Of a DNA stretch of 64,000 bases, positions 39,403-51,900 are shown piece by piece. This DNA is from Pavona decussata (lineage: Eukaryota). Each line of letters begins with the position of its first letter. Within the stretch, counting starts at the first letter, position 1. The notes under the pieces were generated by a model. It was not told the DNA's origin and made no database searches. It saw only the letters and a program-made list of their open reading frames with translations. The position numbers were made by a program, and so were the translations under genes. The stretch spans positions 558,001-622,000 of the forward strand of contig CDRNST010000354.1 of the NCBI GenBank assembly GCA_977016875.1, in the 5' to 3' direction.

Positions 39403-39898
39403 CCAGCTGAGCTATCAAGCCAACTGGGGGCTGGTCATTATGCAAATTCGTACAAAAGAATTTTATTAGGTTTTCTTTTTGTAACAGCTTAAGTTGCGCA
39501 CGTGACTCCGATGGTCAGTCATTGATTAACACTCCTTTTCGTTACTGTATCTTAAATTAAGAAATGCTAAACGTGCAGCGTACAGTTATCGAGTTTTATT
39601 ATGAAATGAAATGGTAATGCATTTATATACCGCATTTTCTATTCATATATATTCAAATGCGGTTTACATCCGCATATGTCCATTAGTGACCTCATCCTAC
39701 CCACCCAACCCATGAAATCATGAAACAGCACAAAGACCAGACCAGCACACCGGGAACTCCATGCCCTACTCTTTGCGATTAGTGTCTGGGTTCTTTAACG
39801 TCCCACAGGGTTATGAATATTGAAGTGCTGTGAGACGGGGCCTACGGTTTACCGTCCTTATCCGAGAAGACTAGAAAGTCTAACCATTTGCAGATGTC

Positions 39899-39931
<33 letters not shown>

Positions 39932-42900
39932 AAAGACCCTGAGTGTTGGTCCGGCCGGAGTTTGAACCCACGACCTCCCGCACGGTAGTCCGATGCTCAA
40001 TCAACTGAGCTAACCGGTCGGCGGTCCTAATTACTCAGCACATTGTAACACTACTCAAATATGGTAATGCTGCACTCAATATTCGTAAGCGCTGCTTTCA
40101 TTTCGTTATATTTTTATTTAGTAAAAATTAACCAAGCTACCGTCAGAATTACTAAATTTTTTTGACACCAAAACGTTCATCTAAAAAGTTGATTATCCCT
40201 TGGACGTAAGCTTGAGTTTTATACGCAGAATAATTTTAAGATTTGCACATTTTTCTAACCAAAAACCTGTCTTATATGGATCTTGTTCACTTGCCTTGCG
40301 ACGATTGATTTCAATAATATTAAGCTTTCAGTTTGTTTTATTTGTAGAATAAAATGGCTGAGGCTATCACCAACGTTGCGTCTGTTCTGGAAAGTGACAT
40401 GAGCTCCGAACAGCGCACAGACCTGGCTAAAAATCTTCTGGGGACCATGGGAACTATCTTGACTCCACCCAGTGAGGCCGCCGACACGTCCAGCTCCAGC
40501 GAGGTAAAGTGAATGTGACCCGAAAAGACACTCCAAATACTACACGATACAATCAATAGAGACCCTAATAGCTCTTGATGTGATACAACACAATGCAGTG
40601 CCATGCATGGAAAGTAGTATTTTCTTGTTTTTCCATGGTCTTGTATGGAGTGCTAGTGAAAATCTCCTTGGATATGCTTGAAAAGAAATTAAGATTTCCT
40701 AGCATTCCATGGAAAAACCATGAAATAACTATATTTTTCTACAAACAAAAATTGGTTTCGTTTCACAGTTTGGCGCCTTAATGGATACTTGTGTCTGGTT
40801 GAAATTCTAATGCTCCTTTTAGAATGATTTGAATGAGTATCAATCGAATAAAAGTTTCACAGTGGTAACCGCGTCTTAGGAGTAAAACGTGATACTGCTT
40901 CAACAAGTTGATTGCCTGAAGGACAAAACTTGCGAAATTTCCCAACTTATCATAGGCTAAATTTGCTATAAAACACCGTTTTGTATGGTTGCCTTTCTCT
41001 GTACACAATGGGAAAGGTGTCAAGTACCAGCATGTATTTAACAGAAATATACGAGCCTCGAATGGTTAACAATCTAATTTTGGTGTGATAAAATACAACG
41101 AAAAACATTAAATTTTCGTTTATATAACGCTGGCTGGTTGGATGGACAGCTATTTCAGGTGGGGCGTTGTAAGCGCTAATAAAGTGCGTTTATAATAAAC
41201 TGTGATTACGTTTCTTTATTTCGCCTACTGTAGTAATAGCTCTACTGAGAACAAATCCTTGCATTTATAGAGTGATTCTTCAGAATCGTCAGGTTCAGAT
41301 CCCAAAGATTCCTCGGAATCCCAAAGAAAGGCGCTTGAAGTGAAGGACAAGGTACTAACTTCTTTATGCGGTTCCTTGTTGCCTAATGAAGACCCAATTG
41401 TCGTAGAGAGTGGCAGCCTCAGCTTGGGAGCAGCTGTTAACCTCCCAGGGGACCTAAATCGAATGTCTGTTGGTGGCAGCTCTGTTGGGGGTCTTGAGAA
41501 CGCTGTTGATGACAACTCGACTGAACCGGTTCAATCTCAGGTCAGTGCCATCTTCAAATAATTGAAGAAAAGAAGTTGTCGAGTAAATATCGAAAACCTA
41601 AATAATGTAAACAATTGGATCTCAATCGATCATATTTTATGCTGATTACCCGAAGCTTATTCTAGTTAATGTCTGATATTTAAGGAACTCAAAAGCTTTC
41701 TCAGATTCAACCCTAATGGAAAAAGACTATGCATCTAGTTTTAATATCACTTTGAAAAACTAAAAGGTTCAATTTACATCAATGGAAGTGGTCAAACCGG
41801 ATGGTCCAGTTTTATTAAGAATGGATATTTCAGTGCACGGAAACTATAAATAAATGGCCTTAGCTCCTGTTAAGTTTTCAAGTTTTATTTATTCACAACA
41901 GAACCTTACGTTATAACTAGGCTGGCTTGCAAATAGCGAAGAGCTAGGTAGATAGATAGATAGCTTTATTAAAAATCCATTTGGATTACGGACTGTACAA
42001 TATATAATGCTAAAGTACGAGAAAGGATAAAAAAAAACATTATAAATAAATCGCGGCAAGCCAGACTGTACACAAAATAATTATTTTTTTTTATTATTAT
42101 TTTTTTAACATTACATACAACAATAACAATGATAATGTGTGAAGGGGAAAACTAGACAATAACGAAGTGTAACAAGGAAGACTAAGTCTAACTAAACTTC
42201 GGTCTTCTAATCTTTCATTTTATTAACTTGAACCTGTTAGACAAGTTACAACTGGACTTCAACTTTAATGAACAACATTGTCGGCCAAACGTCTTAGAAA
42301 TCGATCTCAAATGATGACCAAGTTATGGCATTATCTCAAATTGCGCTCTTTAGGTACTCTAAGCGTTACGTTTTATAATTGTTATTAAGTAACTGTTATT
42401 TCTCCATAGATGTCAGTGTTTAACCAAAATCCCTATGGTGGCGAGGTTAACGGTGGTGTAGCTCAGCTGGTACTCAAAGACCCGTCCGGGAACAGCAAAA
42501 ATGTGTCCAATCTTACCAAGTGCATGGATATCTTTATCAAAGCGGACGACTCAAAGACCCAGCCATCTTGCCATAAAATTAAAAAGGGCGACCTGCTGGT
42601 GACGAACCTGAATGTGACTCACAACATGAGCGCGATATATGTCTGGGTCGTCCCAGAACACAACAACACTCAGATTGTGATACTGTGCAGAAAAGGTTCA
42701 CAACCTACTCTTGAGGAATACGACTTTAACCAAACTGTTCCCAGTAGCCCCAAATCTGAAAATGCGTCAGATGCGAGTAACTCCAGTAAATCATCTGAAT
42801 CTGACCTTAGCCGATTCCTGATGTTTATTGACAACGACGACTTGAACCAGACGGCTGCAGGCACGTGGTTTTTTGGCTTTTACTACAAAGGTCCTATCCA

Positions 42901-45900
42901 AGAAGAGGACCAAGGAAACGCCCCAGAGGCAGCGAGTTTTAACCTAACTATAGTTCAACTCGCTTGTAAATACCTCAACACCACCTCTAAGAAATGGCAG
43001 TCTGACGGTTGTAAGGTAAGCTTGAAACGGCAATGGGAGTTTTCATGCAACGTATTCAGCGGGTGTTAAAAACAATTACGAAAGACACATTTCAGCTCTG
43101 TTTTCGGTAACCGTATTCATTCCTGTCTGTTAACCGTTCATATTTTACAACTTTTCACGTCTGTCTTTCCATTTTTGTGTTTTTATAACAGGCCTCATGT
43201 ATTTGTGTAAAGCTTTGCATTTTTTTTCAATTGAGTGTGGAAAGCAAATTTGCATTTACCTTGGCTTTGTTTTACTACACTATGATCAGTTAGCACTGAA
43301 ACTTTGCGCCACTTTCTCCACCAATGAGAAACGGAACCAATCGTGAATTGATCAGACGCATTTTCCCGCGGTTTGCGCCGGTGCCATGTATTTGCTTCGA
43401 GTTCTGATTGGGTCATTATGTTGTTTACGCTTGTTGTGATTAATCAAAGTATTTACTATATTTACTAAGGTAGATATTTTATTATTTACTGCCTTTATTT
43501 ATTTTGCCATTGACGAATGTATAAGAGATGTATTCCCTTACCTTGACCCTTTCGTATGTAAACTTACATTTTTATTTTCGTTTGTTTTTTAACAGCCTAA
43601 GGTAAAAAACAGTCCATAAGTTATCACTAAGTCATGCACAAATATAGGCACAGGGAACTATAAGAGTAATTTTGTTAGCCAATAATGGCTCACAGCAGCG
43701 CAAGAGAACGGCAAAGAGCCAAATGCTACATCATTAGTTGCAGCTAATGGAACGCTTGTCATAAGAATACCCTATATTGCTTTTCCCTAGCAGTCCCCAG
43801 TACGAGACACCTTCTTCCATCCCACTCGGTCATGGTCCCACTCACCCACCCGAAGAAATATTTGTATTCTTTCGTGGCCTGGTGGTTTTTACCATTAAGA
43901 CCCACTGAGTTGTATTACTGGTTATATTTTATGTTACATAAGGGGCGGGGACATTTTCCAAAATGGTACACTTAATTGTACTCCTGGTCACATTTTTAAC
44001 CTCTCGTTAGCAGGCATCTTGTATAAGGACACAGGATTAAAGTCCCACTTAGACGATACGGCATCTCCCAGGCCCTGGTTCCTGGATTAAACCCTCCCCC
44101 GATCAGTGGTCAATCCAATATTAGATTATTATTCCAACCATAACAAAATCGCGGGATAAAAAAGGGTTCCACAAAACTTATTTATTCCTCGACTAACTAT
44201 CCTTTGATTAAACTCAAAATCTGTTTCAAAGGTAAGAGAACGTTTGATACTCGAAAAAGGCCTGCCAAATGAAAAGAGAGATGTTTAATGACGGCACTGT
44301 AGTGTACTTACAACGCGCTTTTACGTAACATCTTCAAGGTCTATCTAAATCGGTTTTTATTGCCAACTAAAACCGTGAACAGTGAAACCTGTCGGCGGTG
44401 GGAAGTGAGAACGCTTTTTTAAGAAAACGAAAAGACACAGAGAGGAAACAGCAGGTGTTTCTTGATCCCCTTTCCCCATTTTGTCATTTTCCCCCCGTTA
44501 GGTAGGGCACATTGAGTTGTGGTCAAGGTCGCATTTGCAATTTCAAGTTAGTTGGGCCACCGTTCACAAGATCCAACTGGGGTGTTCTGCAGGTCACGTT
44601 AGGACTGGTACCTTCAATAAGATCACAATAAGTGGTGGTCTAGGTCCTCTTGTGATCTCAAGTTAGTGGAGACTCTTCCATGTGGTCACACTACATTGTG
44701 GTCAGGTTGAAATTTGCAATTATACTTAACAGAGCAACGTCCAACTCTATGACAATGTTTTGATATTTTCCTCACATTGTTTCTGTGCTGTTTTGCAGCC
44801 TGGACCCAAAACGACCATGAAACTTCGTCACTGCTGTTGTAATCATTTGACGTCCTTTGCAAGTGACTTCTTTGTGCCGCCAAACAAGATCGACTGGGAT
44901 AAGATTTCCCTTGAGGAGCTTCTGAACAACCCATTGGTCTTTTCCGTTGTGTGTGGAATTTTTGGTCTGTACTTTCTACTTGTGTTGTGGGCGAGGCGAG
45001 CAGATAGAAAAGACTTAGAAAAGGTAGGTCGTTGAACAATGCTAATTCATTCTTTTTTTACAATGCTTATTCATAGTAGCGTGGAGTTGTTGGTGATGGG
45101 TTGGTTACCAGAACCAGAACGCCACGGGTGTCACCTTGCCAAGCATAATAGCGCATCATCAAGTGGTAGCATTTGTATTTCTGCTCATTGACGTGATTGG
45201 CCAATCAAAACATAATGTTCTTAGTTCATCCTGAAAACAGAGACCGGTCAGGTTTCGTGAATTTCAATCCGTGTATTGTTACTGTAATTCTCGTTGGTCA
45301 AGAGATGTCAGTCACATTGGCAGGTTCATCTGTTTGTCTGATCCCTTGATGTCGCTAACAAGACGTTTCATCGTCAGGGCAATTGTTAGCATTGTTTTTA
45401 TGTGTGTTTGAGAGTGACTCGTTATCACTATTGCTTACCTTAATAACGTATTCAGCATAGCCTGAGTCAATTCTGTGACCACGTGGACTACTCGTGTGCA
45501 TTTGGAATTCTTTTGTTACTTTGCTCTTAACCATTTTAGTTTCCGTTGTTGTTTCAAGATTTCCAGAGCAACAGAAGTCTGAAAAGACTCGTGGTCTGTG
45601 ATAGAACCACCCGAAACCAGATTCGGACATCAATGATATATACATTCCTATTGTCGCACATTTCTTGTTAGGATACGAGATTCATTTGGTCTACCTATTT
45701 TTCAATAGGTTTTCGTCGCAAAATGCTTAGGTAAATAGCTCTGAAATCATTGTACTTCTCAAATTTTGTACTCGTAAGGCGTTTTTGAATATTTACATAG
45801 TGTTACCGCTATTGAAATTTCCATCATCGTTATCTACGCCATTATCGTTTCTGGAATTCGATTTGCTGAGATTAGGATGGTGTAATGGTGAAAACGCTTG

Positions 45901-48900
45901 GCGTCCGTGGAGGGCGGAGGGTCCGTGGAGGGTTTTTCTCTCGTTTCTCCAGTTTTCGGCCTTCAATAATAAATAACATTTTCAAATTCCAATACGATCA
46001 AAATGAAAGTTGAACAAGCTGTAGCTTATGTGGTATTTTCCAAACATTGCTAATTCCGTTATCAATACAAAAGTACCTCGTTTTAACGTAGATCTAACCA
46101 GCGTGGTTCTTAGCTTCTCTGTAAATGCTTGGCACTCTTTGACCAGTGGTGGCGATCACAGCGGTAATGACGATATAGTTATTATCGTTACATTATTATA
46201 TTATTATTATTTTAATAATTGTTTCTTATTTTCTAGGTGGGCGTCGCTCCGTTACCCGACAATGACCCGCGGGACACGTATATGTACGAGATAGTGGTGT
46301 ACACGGGATTTCCAAGCCATGCCGGTACATCATCGGAGGTTCGAATGGTGCTCGTTGGAGGCCTGGACGAGACGTCACCTCGCCGCCTCAAAGATACAGA
46401 GCCTGGCCGACGAAAGTTCTGCAGAGGTAATGTTGACTACTTCCTGTTGAGCGTGCCTCAGTCTCTGGGTAAGCTAAAGAACCTAAGGATCTGGCACGAC
46501 AACACAGGAGACGATCCCTCTTGGTACCTCCTCAGAATAATGGTTCATGACATACAAACCGACGCCAAAACGTGGTTTATTTGTGATCGCTGGTTGGCCG
46601 TGGAAGAGGACGATGGAATGGTAGAGCGAACGCTGAACCCAGCATCTAAGGAAGAGCTCACAAGCTTCAATTTGCTGTTCTCGACGGAAGCACGAAAGAA
46701 CCTTACGGATAACCATCTCTGGTTCTCCGTGATAGCGCGTCCGGCGAAAAGCAACTTCACTCGAGTACAGCGTCTTTCTTGCTGTCTGTCAGTTCTTTTG
46801 AGCACTATGCTTGCCAACGCTATGTTTTACCAAGTGGGTGGTACATCGTCCAGTGGGACCTCCGTGCACGTGGGGCCCTTCAGCTTCTCTATAAGGCAAT
46901 TGTCAATCGGCATCACAAGTAGCTTGGTTGTACTCCCGGCTAACCTCTTGATTGTTATGTTTTTCCGAAAAGCGCGGCCGTCGGAAGGAAAGGCAGGATT
47001 GGACAAGGCCCAAGATCCTCACGGTCAGAGCACAAAATATGAAGTGTCAGGCGATAAGCCGAAGGGGAAGAGCAAAGACGACGATGATCCAGAGGAAGAA
47101 GCTGATGGGAAGAAGAAAGACAAGAAGAAAAAGAAAAAGACCTTACCGCACTATTTTGTATACATATCGTATGGCTTGGTGTTTATTACCTGCACTGTGT
47201 CTGCCACATTCACTGTTTTCTACGGTCTTACGTTTGGGAAGGAAAAATCCGAGGGTTGGATATCTTCCATGATGATTTCATTTTGGCAGGATGTGCTCGT
47301 TTCACAGCCTCTCAAAGTGAGTGACTATTTATTTGCTGATGCTGTAAGCTCGTTCTTAGAGAATAAAACCCCCTAACAACGATTATTACTCTTAACCGGG
47401 GCGTTTATGTCCCCTTTAATTCCCACGAGTATTCTGATTGTTTCTCAGTATGGCAAGTTGCTGCGTAATCGGAGCATGGTCACGTGGGTGCCCAACTAAA
47501 TTTGTTTCAAACTGGATGCAATTCAACACCATCGCTGCGAGTGTGTCAATCAGGTGTCCATTGTGCCCTGAGGTTGTGTGTTCAAGATTTTTCTTTCACC
47601 TCGGCAAACTAAATTTCCTTCACAATGCAGATCCTATAAGGACAGCAGTCTTTACTTAAGGACTCTACAAATAATTTCATTTCATTACTTACGGAATGTA
47701 CTTCGGTATATATAGGAAAAGTCTCACATGGACTTTATAGCCTTGACTATTATTAGTTATTTGATCAATCGGTGGGACTTTGTGTCGTATTACTCGGGAA
47801 TAATCGCGTGGTTATTCCCTTTACGCTTCTTTACTTAGGAAGCTCTTTATTCTTGAGATGTCAGCATTGGAAGAATATTCTATTTACAAAATAGTGCCAA
47901 AATCACATTGTATCTATTGGATCCTCTCTCAGGTGTTCGCAGCTGCCATGTTCTTTGCCGTTGTCATCAAAGATCCCAACAAAGCGGAGGAGGAGAACGA
48001 ACAGGAAAACAAGGAACTAAATCCAGACGAAGAAGCACTCCACAGCAAGCAACAGAACAGTGAAGAGGAGAAAGCTCTTCGAAAAATTGGTTTTGTCGAT
48101 AAACCGCCCAACCCAGAGAAGCTTGAAGCAGCTCGTCTACTCAAAACTAAACAAAAGCAGATGAAGAGCATTATCCGCGAAGTTATTCAATATTTCGTGT
48201 TTCTCTCCATCCTGCTTGTTATCGCTTATGGCAGCCGCGATCCGATGGCCTTTCCAATAACAAGGGCTATGCGTACCATGTTTGAAGAAGGAAAATACTC
48301 GGGAAATGATGGAATTGACGGGGTAATAACCTTTCTTTTTCCTGAGCGGTTTGTAATATATGACTGTCGCCAATGTAACATTTAAGGACGGTGCCTCCTA
48401 CTGCAGAGGTATTTTTGCACAGCTTATGACTATGAGGGAAAAGAGGGGCTTAGCGAGGGCTATTGGAATCCAAAACGAAAATGGGGGGTATAACCAAGCA
48501 TTTGTCAGAGATAATTTATGAAGAACAATTCTAAATGAAACCTTAAAATAAATATCTATGTATTGCATTTTTTTTTTCCGAAACTGAAGCCTTTTAATCC
48601 TAATTTCTTTTCGGATTTCAATAGCCCTTGCTAAGATCTACCTTTTCCGCATAGTCATAAATTGCGTAAAAATATCTTTGTATTAGGAGGCACTGTCCTT
48701 AAGAAACCCAAATTCCTCACAACAGCCCAAGATGCGCAGAGCAAATGCGCAGTAATAGAAGAAGGCACCGTCCTTGAGTTTCCAAAACCAACGCTCGTTA
48801 AGTGCCCAGGCCCCTGTTGTTCAAAGAGCGGATAAATCGTTCTTGAGTGAATGAAATGCACTCCGACCAATTAAACGCCCCACATGGAAACTTTATGTGT

Positions 48901-51900
48901 GCGTTCGTACTTTCGTGCGTGTATGTATGCATGTATTTTATCCGCTGGATAGCGACTTATCCCGCTGGATAAAGTTATCCACTCCTTGAACAACCGGGGC
49001 CAGGTTGTGTTACTGTTTAACTCACACTGCACAAGTTGATGTTGTCCAACTAGTATCGGCAAAACTGTGACAAAACCTGCGCGAAACGTATGTTGCAACG
49101 AGAATTTCTCGTAGTATTTCCGTTGCCGTAATCAGTGCAACAAGTGAAACTCGACTCTGCTAGTCCTGGTAGCTGACTGTCTGGTGGTGTGTACCAATTT
49201 TCTTCTCCCTCTTATTTCCTTCCCAACTGAAATATTGTTTCATAAAAATTCATTATCGTTTGTTAATACCACCAAGAGTTTCGTTCTCCTGTGAAATGGG
49301 TCATCTCAGTTCAAGTATGTCATCATTTCGCTTTCAGGTGGCTGATTATAAGTCTTACTGGAACTGGGTGGAGAAGTCCTTCATTCCCACTCTTTTGCCG
49401 GGATACTGGTATGGTCCATTTGCCATCAACGACGAGCTTCTCGTGAAAGAGGAAACCACGACTGAAGAAGTCACAAGAGAGAAACACAAAAAGGTTAAGA
49501 AGACCAGAACATCAGTCAGTAACGTGGAAATAGGTTTCAACGTGCTCTATAAATACGACAAGGGATTTGTTGCTGATCGCAGTACCGCTGTGCTTGTTGG
49601 TACAGCTAGACTCCGACAACTAAGAATTATCAAAGGTTTGTGTTCAAAGTTCAAAGGTTATATCAGCCTCTTCCCCAGGCTTCATCGCGTTTATCGAACC
49701 TACTGAGATTGATGGTCGGGGGCTTGGGGCAGAACTTGTCTTCATTATCCGAACTACTGGGGACGAGGTTGAGGTTAAGTAAAGCAATGTTTTAGGCTTC
49801 CTTCAATCACAGTTACGAGGTCTGCCAACGGACCTTTCGTTTTTTAATTGACGACATTCACCTTGATACTTCTATATTGAAGTAAATCTTGACGGAGTGT
49901 GGATTGCATGAATAATCTTTTTCAGGCAAATGCAAGCTGATACAATTTCTCACGTCGATATTTGACGAGTGTAACCTACCTTATGATTGGGATGACGAAG
50001 AACAAGGAGATTTCGACCCGCAATGGGCGGCTTTGTCTTCTAATAAAAGCGGGGAGGAACTAAAGCCCACACCATGGACTTACCAGACGCAATGGTCACT
50101 CAAGGGGACTCCCTACTGGGGGCAGTTTGCTACGTACTGGGGAGGAGGTGAGTCAACGCTTCGCAAAAGCTGCGTAAATGTTTGTCTACTCTCCCTATTG
50201 GCGCTACTCTGCTCAAAAGACCAAAAGGCCAACAAAACCGTTACTGCACCTTTCAATAACATGCGGACTCTGAACAATTCAACCAACCGTCAGGCATGTT
50301 TCAAGATAAAATTGAAAACGCAAATCCGTGTCATGAAAGAGGATTTTTGATGAAAATTAGCACCGTTAGAATCCGTTTCGCATTAACTTTAGGAAATTGT
50401 GGGAGTGCTTATATCATGGGGGGGGGGGGGGGGGACTTGTTTAATATTTCCCATCATGGCCAGAGAGTCATTTCGGCTCGTATGGATAAGGGTTTGGATC
50501 TAATGGGACCACACGTGGTATTTGTAATTTTCCTTTTAAAATAATTATTGCGCCGCATAGAAAAGCGATCTTTTCGCGGTTGGCAATTTTCTCGCTCGCT
50601 TGCGTGTTTTGAGAAATATATGAGACTACTCGTGGACTCAAAAGCTGTCTCATAAACGTCATATTAACGTTGATTTCAATTTACCATCGTGTTCTTTTAT
50701 CATTTGCGCAAAAGCAACAATATCAGGAGTTGTATATTAATATTTTTCTTTTTATGTGTACATTTGTGTTTCAGTGTTTTTGTTTTTTTTTTTCTGACCT
50801 GTATTTTATTTCTATTTAATACTGATGTTCACTGGCTGCCTGGCTCCACTAGCCCCTACGGTTATTCCAGGCAGCCAGTACTCCAATTATTACTTTTAGT
50901 ATTTTCTTTGTTGTAATTTTATTTTTGAGCAGGAGTGAGTACAAAAAAAGATTGACTGATTGATTCTCAAACTCATTAATGATTTATAAAGAGAAAACAA
51001 AGAAAATCACTACCGTGAAAGGGGTTTGGAAATGTGACCTTATCATAAAATTTGGGGAGCTTTGGCTTTGAATTCTTCAAGAATTATTAATGGTTTCAAA
51101 AGCTATATCAAACACTCGAAAGGGTGTTTCATCCCATTTCCAAACCCCCTAAAGTTGATATAAAAAAATATCTCGCCTGTGCCACTTTTTTCAACCCACT
51201 TCATTGGTGTTTTGGAATCAGATAAACCGCTCCTCCTCATGTTTGATATATTACTTCCAAAATTACGAATGATAAGTATGGGAAGAACTCTATATACTCT
51301 TGTTGTTTCAGTACTCGCCCTGATAAAATAAAACAGAGGGGAATGGGAGGAGGGCACTTAATCGAGAGAGCGGAGCGCTTATTTAAAAATTTCGACTGAG
51401 AGGAGGGGCGCTTCGGCATGTCTCTACAATTTGAGCGGATCTCGATAAAGAATTCGCTACGAGCTTCATTCATTTACTTTCTCCCAGGTTACATAGCTGA
51501 CTTTGGAGACGATAAAACGAAAGCCTTGCAGTTATCCAAACAGCTCGAATCCCAGAATTGGATTGATCGTTACACGAGGGCAATCTTTGCAGAATTCACC
51601 ATCTACAACGCGCAGACCAACTTCTTCACCGTCATAACTCTGCTTTCGGAGATTCTTCCCACTGGGGGGTATTATCATAATCCTAGAATCCAAACTCTCA
51701 GGCTTTATCGCTACGTAGGACCAGAAATGGTGTTTGTCATGGCATGTGAAATAGGCTACATGGCGTTTCTGCTCTTCTTCCTTTACAAACAGGTAAGATT
51801 TACGAAGATTATTCCCCGTACCTTATTATAGGAAACTAACGCTTGTGTTAATTAAGGTATTCGAAATTATTGCGACTTAAATTTAAATTAATGCGAATTC

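Noticed and set aside
39350-40025. tRNA genes (also 3700-3770 and 28178-28230)
   Set aside because: A/B boxes are present but there is no proper acceptor stem, and they are embedded in SINE or repeat bodies.
43680-44120. Possible DIRS-like terminal sequence
   Set aside because: Only an impression; no coding motif or matching repeat within the window.
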